Shown: positions 25,912 to 40,350 of the stretch, one piece after another | Numbering within the stretch: position 1 is the first letter of the stretch | Layout of the letters: every line of letters begins with the position of its first letter | Assembly: GCF_033153115.1 (NCBI RefSeq) | Contig: NW_026889824.1 | Span: forward strand, 3,100,001-3,164,000 | Direction of reading: 5' to 3' | DNA length: 64,000 nt | From: Saccostrea echinata | Taxonomy: Eukaryota | Notes under the pieces: model-generated | Databases searched by the model: none | What the model saw: the letters and a program-made list of their open reading frames with translations, nothing else | Told to the model about the DNA's origin: nothing | Program-made: the position numbers and the translations under genes

Positions 25912-27650
25912 GAGCTATTCTCTGTAATGACTTGAAATTTTATATAGGAGCTGTGGCACGCATAGTCTCAGAATTTCTCCAAACTCTCTATGATAAAAGT
26001 CTTTGATACCGTTAACTCAAATCAGGCAAAAATTGGTTGCTACGTGTCATGGTTACCATAGCAACATGGCAACATGGCCTAAAGTTTGAAAAATGGCATT
26101 TTTCAACATGTTCAGAGTCCCACGGTTACCGCTTGCAGCAAAGCGAACAAGTGGCATTGACTGTTTCTGAAAGTTAAAGTCATGATGTATTAAATGCATT
26201 TTAAACATTTTTGGTAAATCAACTATTACATACGTTACTATGGAAACAAGGTATTCAAAAATAATATTTTTGTTCATTTGATTTTATAAAGTCATACACG
26301 TAAGAATAAAAACAATTATAGTTTGAAGTGCAAGCAAATAGTAGACAAAAGATTCTTGTAACATATACCAAGGACGAAATATGATAATTCTTATAGGTTG
26401 GCAATGGTTGTCATGGTTTTAATACCACGAAGGGTTTCAATTTTTCTCTCTTAGTGTTTTAATCTTATTGTATCTTTTTAAAAAGCATATTTCTATATAA
26501 CTGATGATCATTTTTTAAAGGCGTTGGTGTGACCTTAATTTTCACATTTCAAAAAATTCAAATTCAATTCTTTAAATAGAGCGTTGCTATGGAAATAAGC
26601 AGAAAAAATATGCATAAAAATCTGAAAAAAATATTCTGTTTCCTTGGATACGTACCCTTATATGTAGATTCCCAAAACTTTTATGATTGATATTTATGAA
26701 CAACTAAGCTGATTTTCAATTTTAACTACAACCCAATCTCAAACTGGATGCAAAAATCTGGCACATAGGGTTTAATATTGATGTAAAATTAACAAAATCG
26801 AACATTTTCTCTTCTTGGTAACCATAGCAACAGTGTTGTATTTTTCAACAAACTTTATCAATATATGATATTTAACTTTAGTTCTACTAGATATGTACTA
26901 TTCAAGATGAGTCAAATGATATGTTTCTTGATTAAAAGGTAAGTAAATTCCTAAGGCAGCAAAAAATATCACTTTAAACAACTGGTACGTTGTTTCCATG
27001 GTTACACTACAAAGTAACAATTAACCCCAATTTTTCTTATGTTGTCGGTGTTGCAAGGTCCTACGGATGTATTTGTGCCAGTCATGAATTTTATTGTTTT
27101 TCCTCAAGATAGTTGCATTAACCCAATCTTAGCAACATATTTTGCATGGTTACACTGTGTTACCATGGCAACCATGAAAGTTATTTACAGAATAATGTTG
27201 CCAATACCTAATTACTTAATGTCAAATATTTTTATCGTTTTTCTTAGGTTGTTGATTGAGTTTGATCATGTAACACCTATCATTAGTGAATATTGAGAGT
27301 TTTCCAGCATTTTTCAGCATCTTTAATGTATTCCAAATGTACCCATGGTTACCACTTACTTAGAGATAAATTCTAAATAGTTTCTATATAGCATAAGTGG
27401 CAACAAGGTGTCATGTTTTTGTGAGAATGGTTTGTCTGTTTTTCCTAGTCTTTATTAAGGCTTAATAAAGATTCAAAGTAGCTGAAAATCTCAATTTTTC
27501 CAACTTTTCCGTCATGGCAACCAAGACACTTAGCAACGAAATTTTATTTGATATATGTATCTGGTGTCAAGTTGTAATAATGGACAAAGTTTCATCAAAA
27601 TCGGTGACCATGCGTGGCAACGAAGTTTAAGTGATTACAGAGAATCGCTA
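25912..27650. mobile_element. Kolobok-like non-autonomous DNA transposon (TTAA target duplication)
   Basis: TTAA at 25908-25911 and 27651-27654 flank TIRs gagctattctctgtaatgacttgaaattt / aagtttaagtgattacagagaatcgcta. Interior is rich in GTTNCCATGGNAAC-type motifs. Confidence 0.75.
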
Positions 27651-27759
27651 TTAACTTCTGAACATACCGAGTTATATAGTGAAAGCTACATAATCTGTCT
27701 TTTTCCAAACAAGAGGCCCGTGTTCTCCTTCCATATATTCCTATGTACAAGTATTATTA

Positions 27760-28314
27760 GTTACATAGTTTTGTAGTGACAGGGCACGGGATGATACCTG
27801 GTTAGTAAATTTCATACCTGGCGAGGCGAAGCCGAGCCAGGTATGGAATTTACTAACCAGGTATCATCCCGTACCCTGTCACTACAAAACTATGTAACGA
27901 ATTTACCCCACCGATAAAATATTTATTCATTGTCTGTTGTTTGTAAAATTGTTTTTCTCATTAGGCCTATAAAATTATATTACTCATACAATGCCTATTA
28001 TGACGTCACGTTGTGTGACGTAATGTTGTTTTGCGAGTGTTTCGTGCTGTAATAACGTACTGACAGTTTTGAAGACTTTCAGTAAAGGGAGGAAAAGGTT
28101 CAATCTTCGTTACTTAACTGTTAAATTGTCAACAGACACTCGGCAAATCGAGTGAACTCGACTTGTTCGAACGTTACAAAAGAACGATAACTCCGTATGG
28201 ACCATGTATTGATTTTCAAGCGACTAGGTATAAGTAATACACCCCCTTCACGTGACAGACTTCAACCAATCGTAAGCCAGGATTTCATCGAAAAATCAGC
28301 AGAGGTGGGGTAAA
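27760..28314. mobile_element. Palindrome-headed non-autonomous element (Crypton-like)
   Basis: Near-perfect 139-bp palindrome at 27760-27898 with GGCGAAGCC at its centre, followed by inverted pair tttaccccacc (27902-27912) / ggtggggtaaa (28304-28314). Confidence 0.7.
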
Positions 28315-30149
28315 GCAATATCTCAACAGTAAGCATGTAATAATATGTTTAAGTCTTTGGTGGTACTTATCATAATATATTTATTTATATCATTTCTGTT
28401 TTAAGTCACATTTATTAAGTAAGCTTCTCTTTGTTCAAATATTTGTGAAACTAATTATGTATAGGAATTAAAGCACAACCCCCTACCCAAGAAACAACGA
28501 TGATAAATTTTAAGTTAATGAATGATGCATCATTGTTAATAGCACAATTATTACAAAAATTAGAAATAACAGCATGAGTGAATGAGTATATTTCAATAAA
28601 TATTTTTTTCTTTATACATGTAATTTATCCTGGACCCAATTAACTGATGGATCTAGTTGACAAAAAACACTATATATCTTCATTGTAGCTACTGTTGCAT
28701 TTTCCCCAATTCAACCAGAAAAAGGGAAATATGTTAATTTTTACAAATTGAAACACATCAAACAATGAACTGAGATACTGGACGGGGGGGGGGGGGGGGG
28801 ACTAATGACTTTCAAATATCAACAAAGAGGGTAGCTTGCACTTTAATAGTAAAACCTTAAAAGGGGGAGAAGAAAAACTGGTAATTAAAATAATTTTGTA
28901 AATTTATCATTTAATTATCGTAACCAGTTCCTCGATATATTCGATTGTTATTTATCCATTTGATATTAATGCTGTCAACATGCACCTCTTACAAGGGTTG
29001 TTTGTTTTAGATAGAAGTGCAGGTTCGTATATCTGACCCTAGTTTAGATGTTGTTAATGTCTCATCTAGTCTTTGTTCTCTCTCTCTCCCTCTCTCTCTA
29101 TATATATAACCACATAAACACACACATTTTAGTTGTTCTTCTTTGTGCCATTTAAAGGTTATTAGTTTTTTTAATTGCTGCATGGATTTTGTTTCTGGAA
29201 TCGATTTGTTTTTAAACATTGTATACTGTTACAATACAGACGCCACTTCATGACTCCATATAACTCCACTCCACTCAGCTTTTTACCCCAATCCTAATTT
29301 ACAACAACGCTTTTCGATGATCTTTATCAAGGGAGGGGTAACCTTAGTCCTTACACTATTTTTAACTACGCAGATAAAGCAATTTATACCAAATTACGGC
29401 AGCTAGAAATGTGTCACCATTAATTACCAATCACGAGGAAATTACATCTATGGGCGCGGAAAGGGTAAAAAATACGTTTACACAAAACAAACAATTAATT
29501 TGCAAAAACATACTGAAATACAATGCAAACAGCTTAAAATAAAATCAACAGACTCAACTGCAAAATCAACAGACGTCGACTCCGCTGCAAAAGGAATAAT
29601 GTTAACTAATTACCAATGCAAAAAATTCATTAACTGAATTGACGATAGATGGCGTGCAAATCCACAATAATTTTAAAAGGTGAAGGTCAACAGGCTTAAA
29701 AATAGTGGATGTTAAAAACTCACATGGCTCACTTTAAATGAAAAAAAAAAATAAACTGACGTGACAGTGACACGTGACGTGAAAGTTTAAATGACTTAAG
29801 TTTAGAATGATATGCCTTAAGGTTGAATTCAACATAAATTATGCATAGAAAAGTTTAGTGAGATTGCCGGGAAGTATTTTGTTTTGTTTCAATACAATTT
29901 AAGTGTTATTCTGAGGACATGAGTCAGAAGCTTATTAATAAGAGGGACGCCACCTTAGAACACCCTATTTTTTGACATGAATATTAGCCTGACATATTAC
30001 TCTAACACGAGTATTTTGAATTTTGAGTTACAAACAAAAATTAAAACATGTTCTCACGATATAAGTCTATATATATTGTAACTTATAGTGTCCGGGTGTT
30101 TCAGACTTGAATTTCCATGTCTTTCCTTAAGATATCAGCATTAATCAAA

Positions 30150-30650
30150 GCCAACCATTAAAGACACTCATCATATATTGCTCTTTTGTGAAGCTACACT
30201 TTGTTACCATGGCAGCCATGAAAGTTTTTTTTTTATTTGAATAATAGTGCTAATTCCATATTACTCAAGGTCAAATCTGGTTGTGTTGATTACATTTGAG
30301 CAAATAACACTTGATATGAATGAATATACATGTGTATTGAAAAATTTTCAGCTTTTAAAATGTATTCCAGATGTACCCATGGTTACCACTTACTTAGTGA
30401 TATATTCTAAACAGTTAAATGTATAGCAAAAATGTTTTTGTGAGAGCAATTTTTTTTATTTTCTTAGTCTTAACTTAGGCTCAATAAAGATTCGAAGTAG
30501 CTGAAAATCTCATTTTTCAAACTTTAACGACTGTTACCTTGGCAATCAAGACACAGCAAATTTTATTAGATGTATGTTTTTAGTGTCAAGTTGTAATAAT
30601 GGGCAAAGATTTATCGAAATCAATGACCGTATGTGCTAAAAATTTGAAAA
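30150..30650 (+). mobile_element. Fragment related to the Kolobok-like element at 25912-27650
   Basis: Collinear with ~27110-27620 (gttaccatggca.ccatgaaag, atgtacccatggttaccacttacttag, gtagctgaaaatctca). Confidence 0.7.
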
Positions 30651-32641
30651 TTTACAAATGCACTAACTAGAGTATCATCTTCTAGTCTTCTAGATTTGCA
30701 ACATTTGATACTTTACATGATACAGACTTGTTTATATATTTTCATCCATTGATTTCAGATTTAAAAAGACAAAAACTGTTTTATATCTCAATATTTAATA
30801 AACTCCAATTATATAAGACAATTATGTAATGATATACAGTCAAAGTATCATAACAATCATGTGTATTTAGCGGCTTCCTGTCATATGCAAACGTTATTTT
30901 TTCCCATAGAATATTTCAATATATTTCACCAGCATTTGGCGATTCCGGATCCCTGTCTAATGCGACATCCAACCATTCTTTCCCGTATTTAGCGACTTTT
31001 AGCCCAGCTTCTAATAGCAAAAATAATAAAGTGCTTAGTGCCTGTCCCCGACCCCATCAATTTCTACCCCAATTAATTATCAAAGAAGTGTTTGCAAAAA
31101 AAATTTTCATAATGAAGTCTTTCAGTGTGTGAGTTTATATCATATAGAAACATATAAAATAAGAAACATTAAAAGTAACTCTGAATTAACCTTGAAGTTT
31201 TGACAAGAAGAGTCAAAATTAGTGTGTTTAATTTGTGCATAAAAGTCATTGCCTTTTTTTGTGATTATCTTAGTATTTTGTTTTTCCATTTTGGGCCAAA
31301 TCTTCTTATGAGCAGTGTTTTCCAATTACACTGTCGTAAAGTGTGAAATATGATAAAAACCTATATATTTTGGATTAAGAAAATATACTTAACTCAATTA
31401 GGAATAAAAACAATTTCTACGAACTAAACTTAATTGAATATATTCCTTTTATTAAGAGAGTGAAGATCATTAACTATGATGAGGGAAAAGGAACAGGTAA
31501 ACAAGTAGACGTTCATGTATTATAGTAAATAGTATTTATGCATCTACTTAAAAAATTGCCCTAATATGGTTCCCTGATTTAAGAGACTACCTGTCAAATA
31601 TGACCATTTCAGACTTTCCCTTGATATGTCTCTAAATACAGAATTGACTGTACTTCATATGTTATACTTGTGTAACTATGTGTAACATGCATTAATGTCA
31701 ACTGTTTGCTAACTAATGCATGATATCCCCCCTCTCCAAACCCAACCCCCCGCTCCTCGCTCATAAAACAATTGTTGATTTTTTTTCTTCAATTGGTTAA
31801 TGCAGCCGAAAATGGCCACATTTCGTTTCATAAATCATCTGTGAAGGAAAGTGCAAAAACAAGTTACAGTGTATTTGATCTAGGTTAGACCTATATTTCT
31901 GGTATTTTTAAAACATCTATGCTTTTAACTTTCATTGCACTATATTCGACCCCACTCTCTCTTTTTAAAATTGAATGACACATAAAGAATTTAAGTATTT
32001 AGAAGAGCCCCTTAAACTTTCGCATGCTGAACTGCTATCTAAATTTTGAAATGGAAAATCCTTATTTTGTTAAAATGTATACGTTCATTTGAATTCCATT
32101 ATAGGTGGTGAAACACCCTTCATCGAAACAATTTCATTGCCTGTCATAGAGTATCATGCTATCCATTTCTGATTTCTTCTTGGGTTATCAGGGTAAAAAA
32201 AAAATATTTCCGATGCAAGGAGCATATTATTATCAGCAATAGATCAACTGCTGAGAATAAATGTTCAAATGCCGAGAGAAAAGGTTCACAGGGTCAAAGG
32301 TAAATTGTTAGTCTTACGGATATGATGCCAAGACTAAATGTTCAGTTTCCGTTCAATTTATATATCTATATTTTTCGCTCTGACCTGCAACCGGTGGCAT
32401 ATTCTTCTATTGAAATCTTTGCCTTGAAATGTTTTCTCCACTCAATTGTAACACAAACTGTTCATGTGTAAAAGGATTTGGTTTCATATTATTAAAGGAG
32501 TTGAGTTCATTTCCAGAAGGAAATACTGCTAAACAATCGTAATGGGATAGTTTAAGTGTCTGTTGTGACCAATACTTTATGATGATATAGAAAGCTGGCA
32601 TGGATGCAAGATGTATTCGAATTTCCCTATGAAAAGTTATT

Positions 32642-34117
32642 TTATTGGGAATGACTGTAGTGAAACACTTTTACGCGCCCATAAAAATCTCCAACCCACA
32701 GTGTAGATCTATGTAGTGATATTGAACTTGGCGAGGTCACTTCTCTCTCTGTCAGTAAATACTTCAGAAACTTTCCGTCAGGACTCAGTAAATGGATATT
32801 GTGGTTTGTTGGGTCAGTAACAAGAATGTTTGAATGGGTGTCGCACACAAGGTTAAATGGACAAAAGCTTCCTAGCAGATCATGTCCACTGTATACAGAC
32901 CTCAGATGACTAGAAGAAGACACAATCACAATTTCACCTGTTGTGTCGCTTGTCAGGTTCACAACACAAATATCAGTGTTATTATTCTGCATGACTCTGA
33001 CAAGCCATGTAGACAACCTCGTACGACTGTCCTTCTGAAACTCATCGACCCCGGTTAATGTAAGTTTTTTTACAAGGCGTCTGCTGCATGTGTTTAATTG
33101 AAAGACGGGAGATTCGTTGTCTCTTAATGTGAAAAAAAGCCCACCGTCCACTGATTGACATATTCCTTCAGGTATCAATGGTTCTGTACTGTATATTTCA
33201 AAGACACGCCCCGATGGAAACAGACGACAAATGGAATTTTTCTCATTATCAGTTATATAAACGTTACCATTATCAGTGACACAAACACCCGCAGGAGACA
33301 CACTGAATCGATATTTTATTTTTCCTTGTTTGTTGACTCTATCAATGCAATCTAATTGAATACCTTTTATATAACATTCATCTTCACAGAATGCCTGCAA
33401 AACAGCAATTCCTTTTTCTCCATATTTGAATGAGTTTGTTTCAGCATGACAAATGTCATCTAAGTCTAATATTTGACCCATCATATACTACAATATATCC
33501 TGCTTATATTCTCCTCTATTGTACTTTGTTGTATGAACACAATTATTAAAATATGTATCCATTTCTAACAATAAATTTTTAAGTTGTTTGTGATTGTCAA
33601 TCAAGCTGAAATCAGACATGGAAGTATTGTTTTTCTCCATGAATTCCACCATGTCAATCATAAGTTTCTTTTTCTTTTCTAACTGATATTTTGCATTCTT
33701 TACCTTTTCATTCGTTTTGAATAGTTTGTCTTTCAGTATATGTTCTTGATTTTTCTTGATTTCTGTTAGCTTGAATATGATTTCATTATAATGCTCCTGT
33801 AAGTCTTTTATCTGAACATCACAAATGTTTTCATTTTCTTCGATCTGTGACACCATCTTCTGTATGTCTTCGTCAATCCTTGATATTTTTTCTTCCTTTA
33901 TACTACAAAGATATTCATGGAGTCCTCTTCTTCTTTGTAAAGCTGCCGTGGCTTGAGTTACCCATTTGTGATCATTATGGTTCAATCTTGCACAGACAGA
34001 ACAAATAAATGCATAACAATCCTCACACAGAATGTCAATGATTGAATCGTGTTCCTCACACATATGTACTTGCTGTAATGGTGAACCCAGTGGATATTTT
34101 GTTTCACCATCCGCCAT
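32642..34117 (-). pseudogene. B-box/coiled-coil/NHL gene, copy C, one in-frame nonsense codon
   Basis: ORFs 33488-34117 and 32642-33484 are in the same frame, separated by TAG (33488-33490) where paralogs have Glu (DLLESM). Also short in-frame deletions in the propeller. More divergent than A, B and E. Confidence 0.82.
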
Positions 34118-37059
34118 GTTATTTTATATAAACAAACCACCCAACTTGACTTTTATTCAAAGTTGTTGCGTGATAACTAATAGCCTCCGGGTACGGAAGC
34201 GTATTCGTGCAACATAGACACCTTTTTTATTTATCATTTTTTATCTATAAAATTTACACTTTAAACTGTAAGATTTACGCTTTAATCTGTTAAATACATT
34301 CAATAAATTGTTCATTTTACAAATTATTCAGTAAAATGTAAATAATAATCCCAATAAATTAACACTTTTGTCTTTAAAATCTTAACTCTAATCTCCAAAT
34401 ACATTGTATCATACTTTAATGTGTAAAGTTTACCTTCTCATCTGTAAATTTTATATTTTAATCTTTAAATTTTACACTTAAATCTAGGGATGGAAATCGA
34501 ATACAGAATTGCCATTTGGTTAACAGAACCAGGAAACTATTTTCTGTGACGTCAGAATAAATCTAAATGCTAAATGAGGCACTAGCGTTACTGACAAATC
34601 GACCAATCAGCTAAATGAATTGAATTGCATTATGAGTTACTACAAAAAAAATACTACGGCTGGAAAAGGACAGTTTTTGAAATCGCTCTCGGAAAGACAT
34701 GATGCATTCTTAACACAATTGTTTTTCAAAGTTAAATTTTGGATTTTATCCACTCCATTGTATAGGTCCATTTGTGGACAATTGCTTGTATTCCAATGCG
34801 GTACTATCAGTGGATCAAGTGAATACAAAATTCACGTGTATTCCTCGGCCCAACACAATCGACTCTGAGGTTTACTCACGTATTGTCATGTATAAAAGAC
34901 CTCAGATGGCCATTAAAGTTTGAAGTGGTTTGGAGATGCTTTGGTGTATGCATGCACTGGGATTTATATAAATTAATCAATGTGATTTATCATTCCTTTA
35001 CGGCGAGTATGAAAAAGGTGCAACCATTACGACACATGTACATAATGAATGTGTAAATATTTTATAATGCATTAATTTTTCATTTATAGTCAGCAAATAA
35101 CAAACAACAAAGAATAGCAGCATGACAAATGCACGAATATCAAGTTATAAACAACTAGATTCTTTTGAAGATTTTGTGTATTTCAACGTACTATTTAACA
35201 TGGAAGATTGGCTTTGTTTGTTTATGTGAGAATGGAAAATCTTAATTAGAATCTAATATTCGTATTTTTCACAGAAACATTAAAAAAGTCATTATTTGAC
35301 TTTCCCGCGGGCGTTTGAAATCTTGTCGTAAACTTGACAGAACCATGTGTTTGTAGTAAAATGTAAATCTGCGTCCTGGTCATAGACCACCATCTGTAGA
35401 AATTTCACAGATTATCAAGTTAAACCACAAAGAACTAAAATCCTTGCGTCCATCTTGTATAATCAAGTGTATAAATAACACAATCAATTCGTCATAAATA
35501 AAACCGTTTTAAAATAAATAGACCATGAATCCTGCAAGCTATACTTATAATATATGTTTAAATATTAGTTTAACAATTTATATGGAAAAAAATATTTTTC
35601 AGATTATATATGTATATAAATAAATAATCAGTTTAGCATGACCGACTAAATTAGTGGGGATGTAAAAAAAATACCTGAAAATATTATGAATTCATTTGAC
35701 GTGATCAGTAAATCAAACATACACATCTTCATAAATTTTATGATATCTTTATGTTTGAATTAAATATTGCATGCAGTTATTTGTTTTATTTGATAATAAA
35801 TTAACTGAAGAGAAAAAAAAAATGCATGCAAAAATATCGGTCTCTTTGTTCAAAACGTTAATATCATTAATGTACAAAGAACAAGGTACGGTTTCAATAC
35901 AAATCTTGCCCTGTGTTTTTCTTAAAAATAAAAGTGATGTAAAAAAATTAAAACTCATGCTTTTTGAATTATTGAAATTCCATGCAGAAAGATCATACAG
36001 ATCTTTTTTCTCATATTACCTTCCAAATGCTAATTGTGACGTCATAAACTTGTTCATTTTCCCGTATTTTCTTAAAAAGTTTTCTTTCAGATAATATTGT
36101 CCACAGGCATCACCCACAAAGATTTTGAGATATGTGATTTTCTAAAGAACTTTACACAACATATCTAAAAATTAACGTGGGCGACGGCTGTGGACACTAT
36201 TTTCTTAGGGAAAATAACCCTTGAAATGGGTCATTTTGAGGCTTTTTCTGTTTAAAATAGAGAAATGCATCAAATTAATGACGTCATATATCCAGAATGG
36301 TACTCCATCATGCTATATTCTTCCCGATTTATTAGTCATATACTCAACTAATATTTAAGCCAGTTTCAAAACTTTTTTAAAACATTAAATTTTTAGGGCA
36401 CAATACAGCTAAAACCATACCTTCTTCTTAATTTGATTTGTACAACAGATCAATTTTTGATAGCATGATTTCACTTATATGTATTTAACGCAGCAATTGA
36501 ATTAATGTTTTTTTTAAATATCCAGTTAGTAAAAAGTGCTACGGTGTAAAATACTACCTTTCTCGGACTTAATACAAATTACTGTGTAAATAAACTTTTC
36601 AGACTTTGCATTAATTGATATTAAATCCCCCCCCCCTTCTCGGCGAATGTGTTAAATCTTATAAATTCTGCACTGTCTTAATCCCACCTGATGCACAGTC
36701 AGAGATAGACAGTAAATCTCTTAAATGACTTTTGTTTATATTTATTGACACTTGATCTTTAATCTACTTTGAATCTATTATGTACATGCAGCTGAAATGT
36801 CAGCAGTCGCTCAATAGCTGTTTAATACTTGATTTCTTTTTAATTTATTGTTATTCCTTTTATCATGTTCTATCATTGTTCAGTAAGTATAGATTAATCT
36901 TGAAAATCATAGTCAGTTGGAATCGGTGCTGAAACATCCCAAACTCATGTTAAAGTATATTCCATGCTTAATCTATGTAAACGTATAAAATCTTTAATGC
37001 GTGTTGGCTTATTTGAGGTTTGATGAATCTGGACCCCACAACAATCTCTATTCATTCAC

Positions 37060-38900
37060 AGTAAAATGCAATCTTCTATAGATATTCTAGAAACTTGAGA
37101 AATGAGACATTATTCTGTTGGTTCAGAGTGAGAGTGGTATACTTCAAGTTATCTGTAAAAAGGGAAATATCAAGTAATGTTCCCCTATTACTTCAAACAT
37201 CTTGATATTTTTGTTTAACTGCTGTACAAATTATTTTACCACATTTTCTTAAGCAAGGTTTCTCTTATTTACCGTGGAATTATTTGTCAGAAAAAGACTG
37301 TTTCCTATGTATTTAGTTGTATCCTGGGGACCAGGCACGAGTTTCAATCTCATTTATTTGGACTTATTTCCATGTGTCTTGTATGTGCTTTTTTGCATTC
37401 TCAAAATCAGAACATCTTGGCCACAAGTTAGCAAATGAAAATAAAATACCAAAAAGGAGTTATATTTTGAATTGATACATCTATTTGAATATTTTGAATA
37501 AATTTCAGAAATTACATGTACTTTATATTTATTCTTCCTACATTTATGAAATGTTATTGATAAAATGAGTGATGAAAAGTATACCTATGCAATGACTAAC
37601 AAAAAATGTAAAACACTGCATGCCAATTATTTCATTTTTTGCAGATGCATGCTAGTAGTTTTACTTGATGGCCTTTCATTAGTTGTTGATTTGGTTACCA
37701 AGGAACGCAAACAACCCATCTTGATTCTGCCATCTTGGAAGTTTTTCCTTGTAGCAAACCTCATCATTTGTATATGCACCAAAATAGTTGTTTGTAGGGT
37801 AAGTTTATATGCATTGTGAGAAGTGAAAGCCATTTGGATACAAGTATCCTAATTCTTCTTAAATACAAACTTTTTTCCTTAATTCTTATCGTAATTTTTC
37901 CATGCTCATTGGGATAAAGCACTTGCAAAAGACAATTTGAATTTCAATATTAGTAGGAAAAAATATGAATTAAATTACTGAATGATTTGAAAGTGGAAAG
38001 ATGCATTTAGGAAACTGAAGCTTTTTTCCAAGTGTGTGTTTTTCGATGTTCTTACTAAATTAGTAAAAAAAAAGTTAAGATGTTAGTCATTTTAATATTA
38101 TTTATTCAGAACTCGGAATATCTCCCTTTACATGAGAAGGAAGTCAAGGAGATCCCTTATCTACCATTGGTTGGCAACATCACAACCATCACTACCTTCC
38201 TGTTCCTGTGTTTACTGGGGTCCGCCAAAGGGTTACTTTATGATATATGGGTAAGTCCCACAGTTGGGTTAAACTAATGAACAATCATATTTAAAAATCT
38301 GTAATACTAGTTTACCCATCATGTATCTGATCATATTTTTTTTTTCAAGAAATTTTCTTTTTGCCAAAAACTTAACATTTTTTTTCTTCAGTAGTTGTGT
38401 TTCTGTTGCCGCTGAATGCTGCTATGTTGCTTTATGGCAGTAACTGGACCTGTTGGGTGTTAGCCTTTGTAGGCATTAGCTCTTCTGTGTGGATGATGAC
38501 AAACCACTTTAAGTTAATACCATACACAGAGAAAAGATAATATTACTTCAAAATATTATGACTTTGTAGGTTTAGTGCTTTATTAGTTTTTGTATCTGAT
38601 ACAAACACTTAGTGATATACATTAATATACATGTACTGACTACAAGTTGTCATAAAAAATTCTTCTTTTGTTTTTTCTTGATACCAAAGCTACAAATTAG
38701 TTGTTGAATTTAATTCTAAATTTAAAGCTTCTTATGATTTAAAAAAAATGTCAACAAATGTTTTTAGCAGATATATGAATATTGAAGGTTGTTCACAAAA
38801 AGTTGTATTATCAATACGTTTGGTCCAAAACTCTTACCATGAATTGAGAAATCTGTTTTCTAGATATTTCTAAGCAAAATAAAAGGATGAACATAAAATT
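37060..38900 (+). pseudogene. Partial duplicate of the last four exons of the NEF1-like gene
   Basis: Exon copies at 37317-~37428 (frameshifted, donor lost), 37645-37798, 38110-38250 and ~38391-38540 (5' part deleted), with collinear introns and 3' flank. Confidence 0.88.
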
Positions 38901-38986
38901 TATTTTTGATCAAAACTACAGATCTCAATGTCAGTATTTTTCAAAATGGAGAAAATTTAACATGCATACAAATAAAATAAAGATAC

Positions 38987-39160
38987 AGTCAAACTATGTT
39001 ATCTTGATATCAAGAACTCCGGGATTAAACTTCGAGATACCTTAGGATTCGAGATAACTAAGTTAGAAGTATAAAGAAAAGGTTGTTGGGACTACCAGTT
39101 CACTAAGACATATCCCTGATATTCGAAATATCGGTGTCCAAGGTAACAAAGTTCAACATT
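38987..39160. mobile_element. Small Tc1/pogo-like MITE
   Basis: tacagtcaaactatgttatc ... gtaacaaagttcaac; a related end ttcgagataacaaagtccaactgta lies at ~41000-41023. Confidence 0.5.
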
Positions 39161-40350
39161 AACATTCTTTACAAATATTGTAACATGTTATTTTGTCTTG
39201 ACATACTCACATTGTACATGTAAATTTCCGAAAACGAAAAAGGTGTTCAAATTTGTAGTTTGATACACATATTTACAACAATGGCAGTGAATGAGTTAAT
39301 TTTGATATATTTCCAATTTGAGAATTCTCAAAAATTTCTGTAAACAATCATTATTATGCTTATTTTATAGGAATTGTCACAATGAAACATAACATTTACA
39401 AAAATCCAACGATTTCCAATGCATTCTTGAAAATTAATTCCAAGAAATTAAAGAAGAGGTAAGCAAGTGTCAAACTACTGTCCGTAAATCTAGTAATTAA
39501 GAAAAAAAAATATAATAATCTTTTATTTTTGTTGTTTCAATATACGTTGAGCTTTGGTATCTTGAACTTCAGGAACACTTTTTTTTATATGTTGGAATGT
39601 TACTGACTTGGTTGTCAGTATCTATTCATACAGGAAGTTTGATATCTCAAATTTGCATATTTCGAATCTCTTAAACAGTCCAGTAATGCACAAATTAAGA
39701 TACCAAAGTTAGAAAGAGTTGTTAAATGTGATAATGCATTTTAGGTTTTTTTTAAGAATGTGTCATCAAATATTTTAACCCTTTGTGTGCTGACTTGATT
39801 TTAAGTGAATGGTAACCTCAGTACTGTTTTAGAATATTGATAAAATTGTCACATTGGCGTACTTGAATGCAAATATTTTAAAATTTCGACAACCAATTTG
39901 CATGAAATTTGGCGAATAAGTAGCAAAAATCGTTTTTTTTTTTTAAATAAATTAAGTTTTTTTCTAAAAATTCTTATGTTTGACGTTACCATGGTAACAA
40001 AATTTTGAAAAATATACAATGATTCTTGAGGTTTTTTTAACTTACCACGTTCATATATATGTATATTGAAGTTTGTTACATGTAACAAAGAAGTTGCATT
40101 AACATTACATTTGGTCCAAAACTCTCACCATAAAACTAGTTATTTTTAAATTTTACTAAGCAAAATACAGGATGAACATAAACTTGTTCATTTGGGATCA
40201 AAAACAGATGTAAAAATATTCAATCGGTGTTTTTTTTTAAATAGAGAACATACATCACATGAATATAAAAAATAAAAATTATCTAACTTTATCTCCAACT
40301 CACTGTGTCCGGGATTAAACTTTTAGATAACGAGGTTAAAAAACACAAAG

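Larger units (their letters stand above)
23861..29295. mobile_element. ~5.4-kb TIR element with nested insertions, 5 bp upstream of the copy B ATG
   Basis: ~75-bp inverted ends aggcttgttgtaaaaaactgagtggagtggagttatgtggagtc...ctgtattgtaacag / ctgttacaatacagacgccacttcatgactccatataactccactccactcagctttttaccccaatcct. No transposase ORF seen. Confidence 0.7.
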
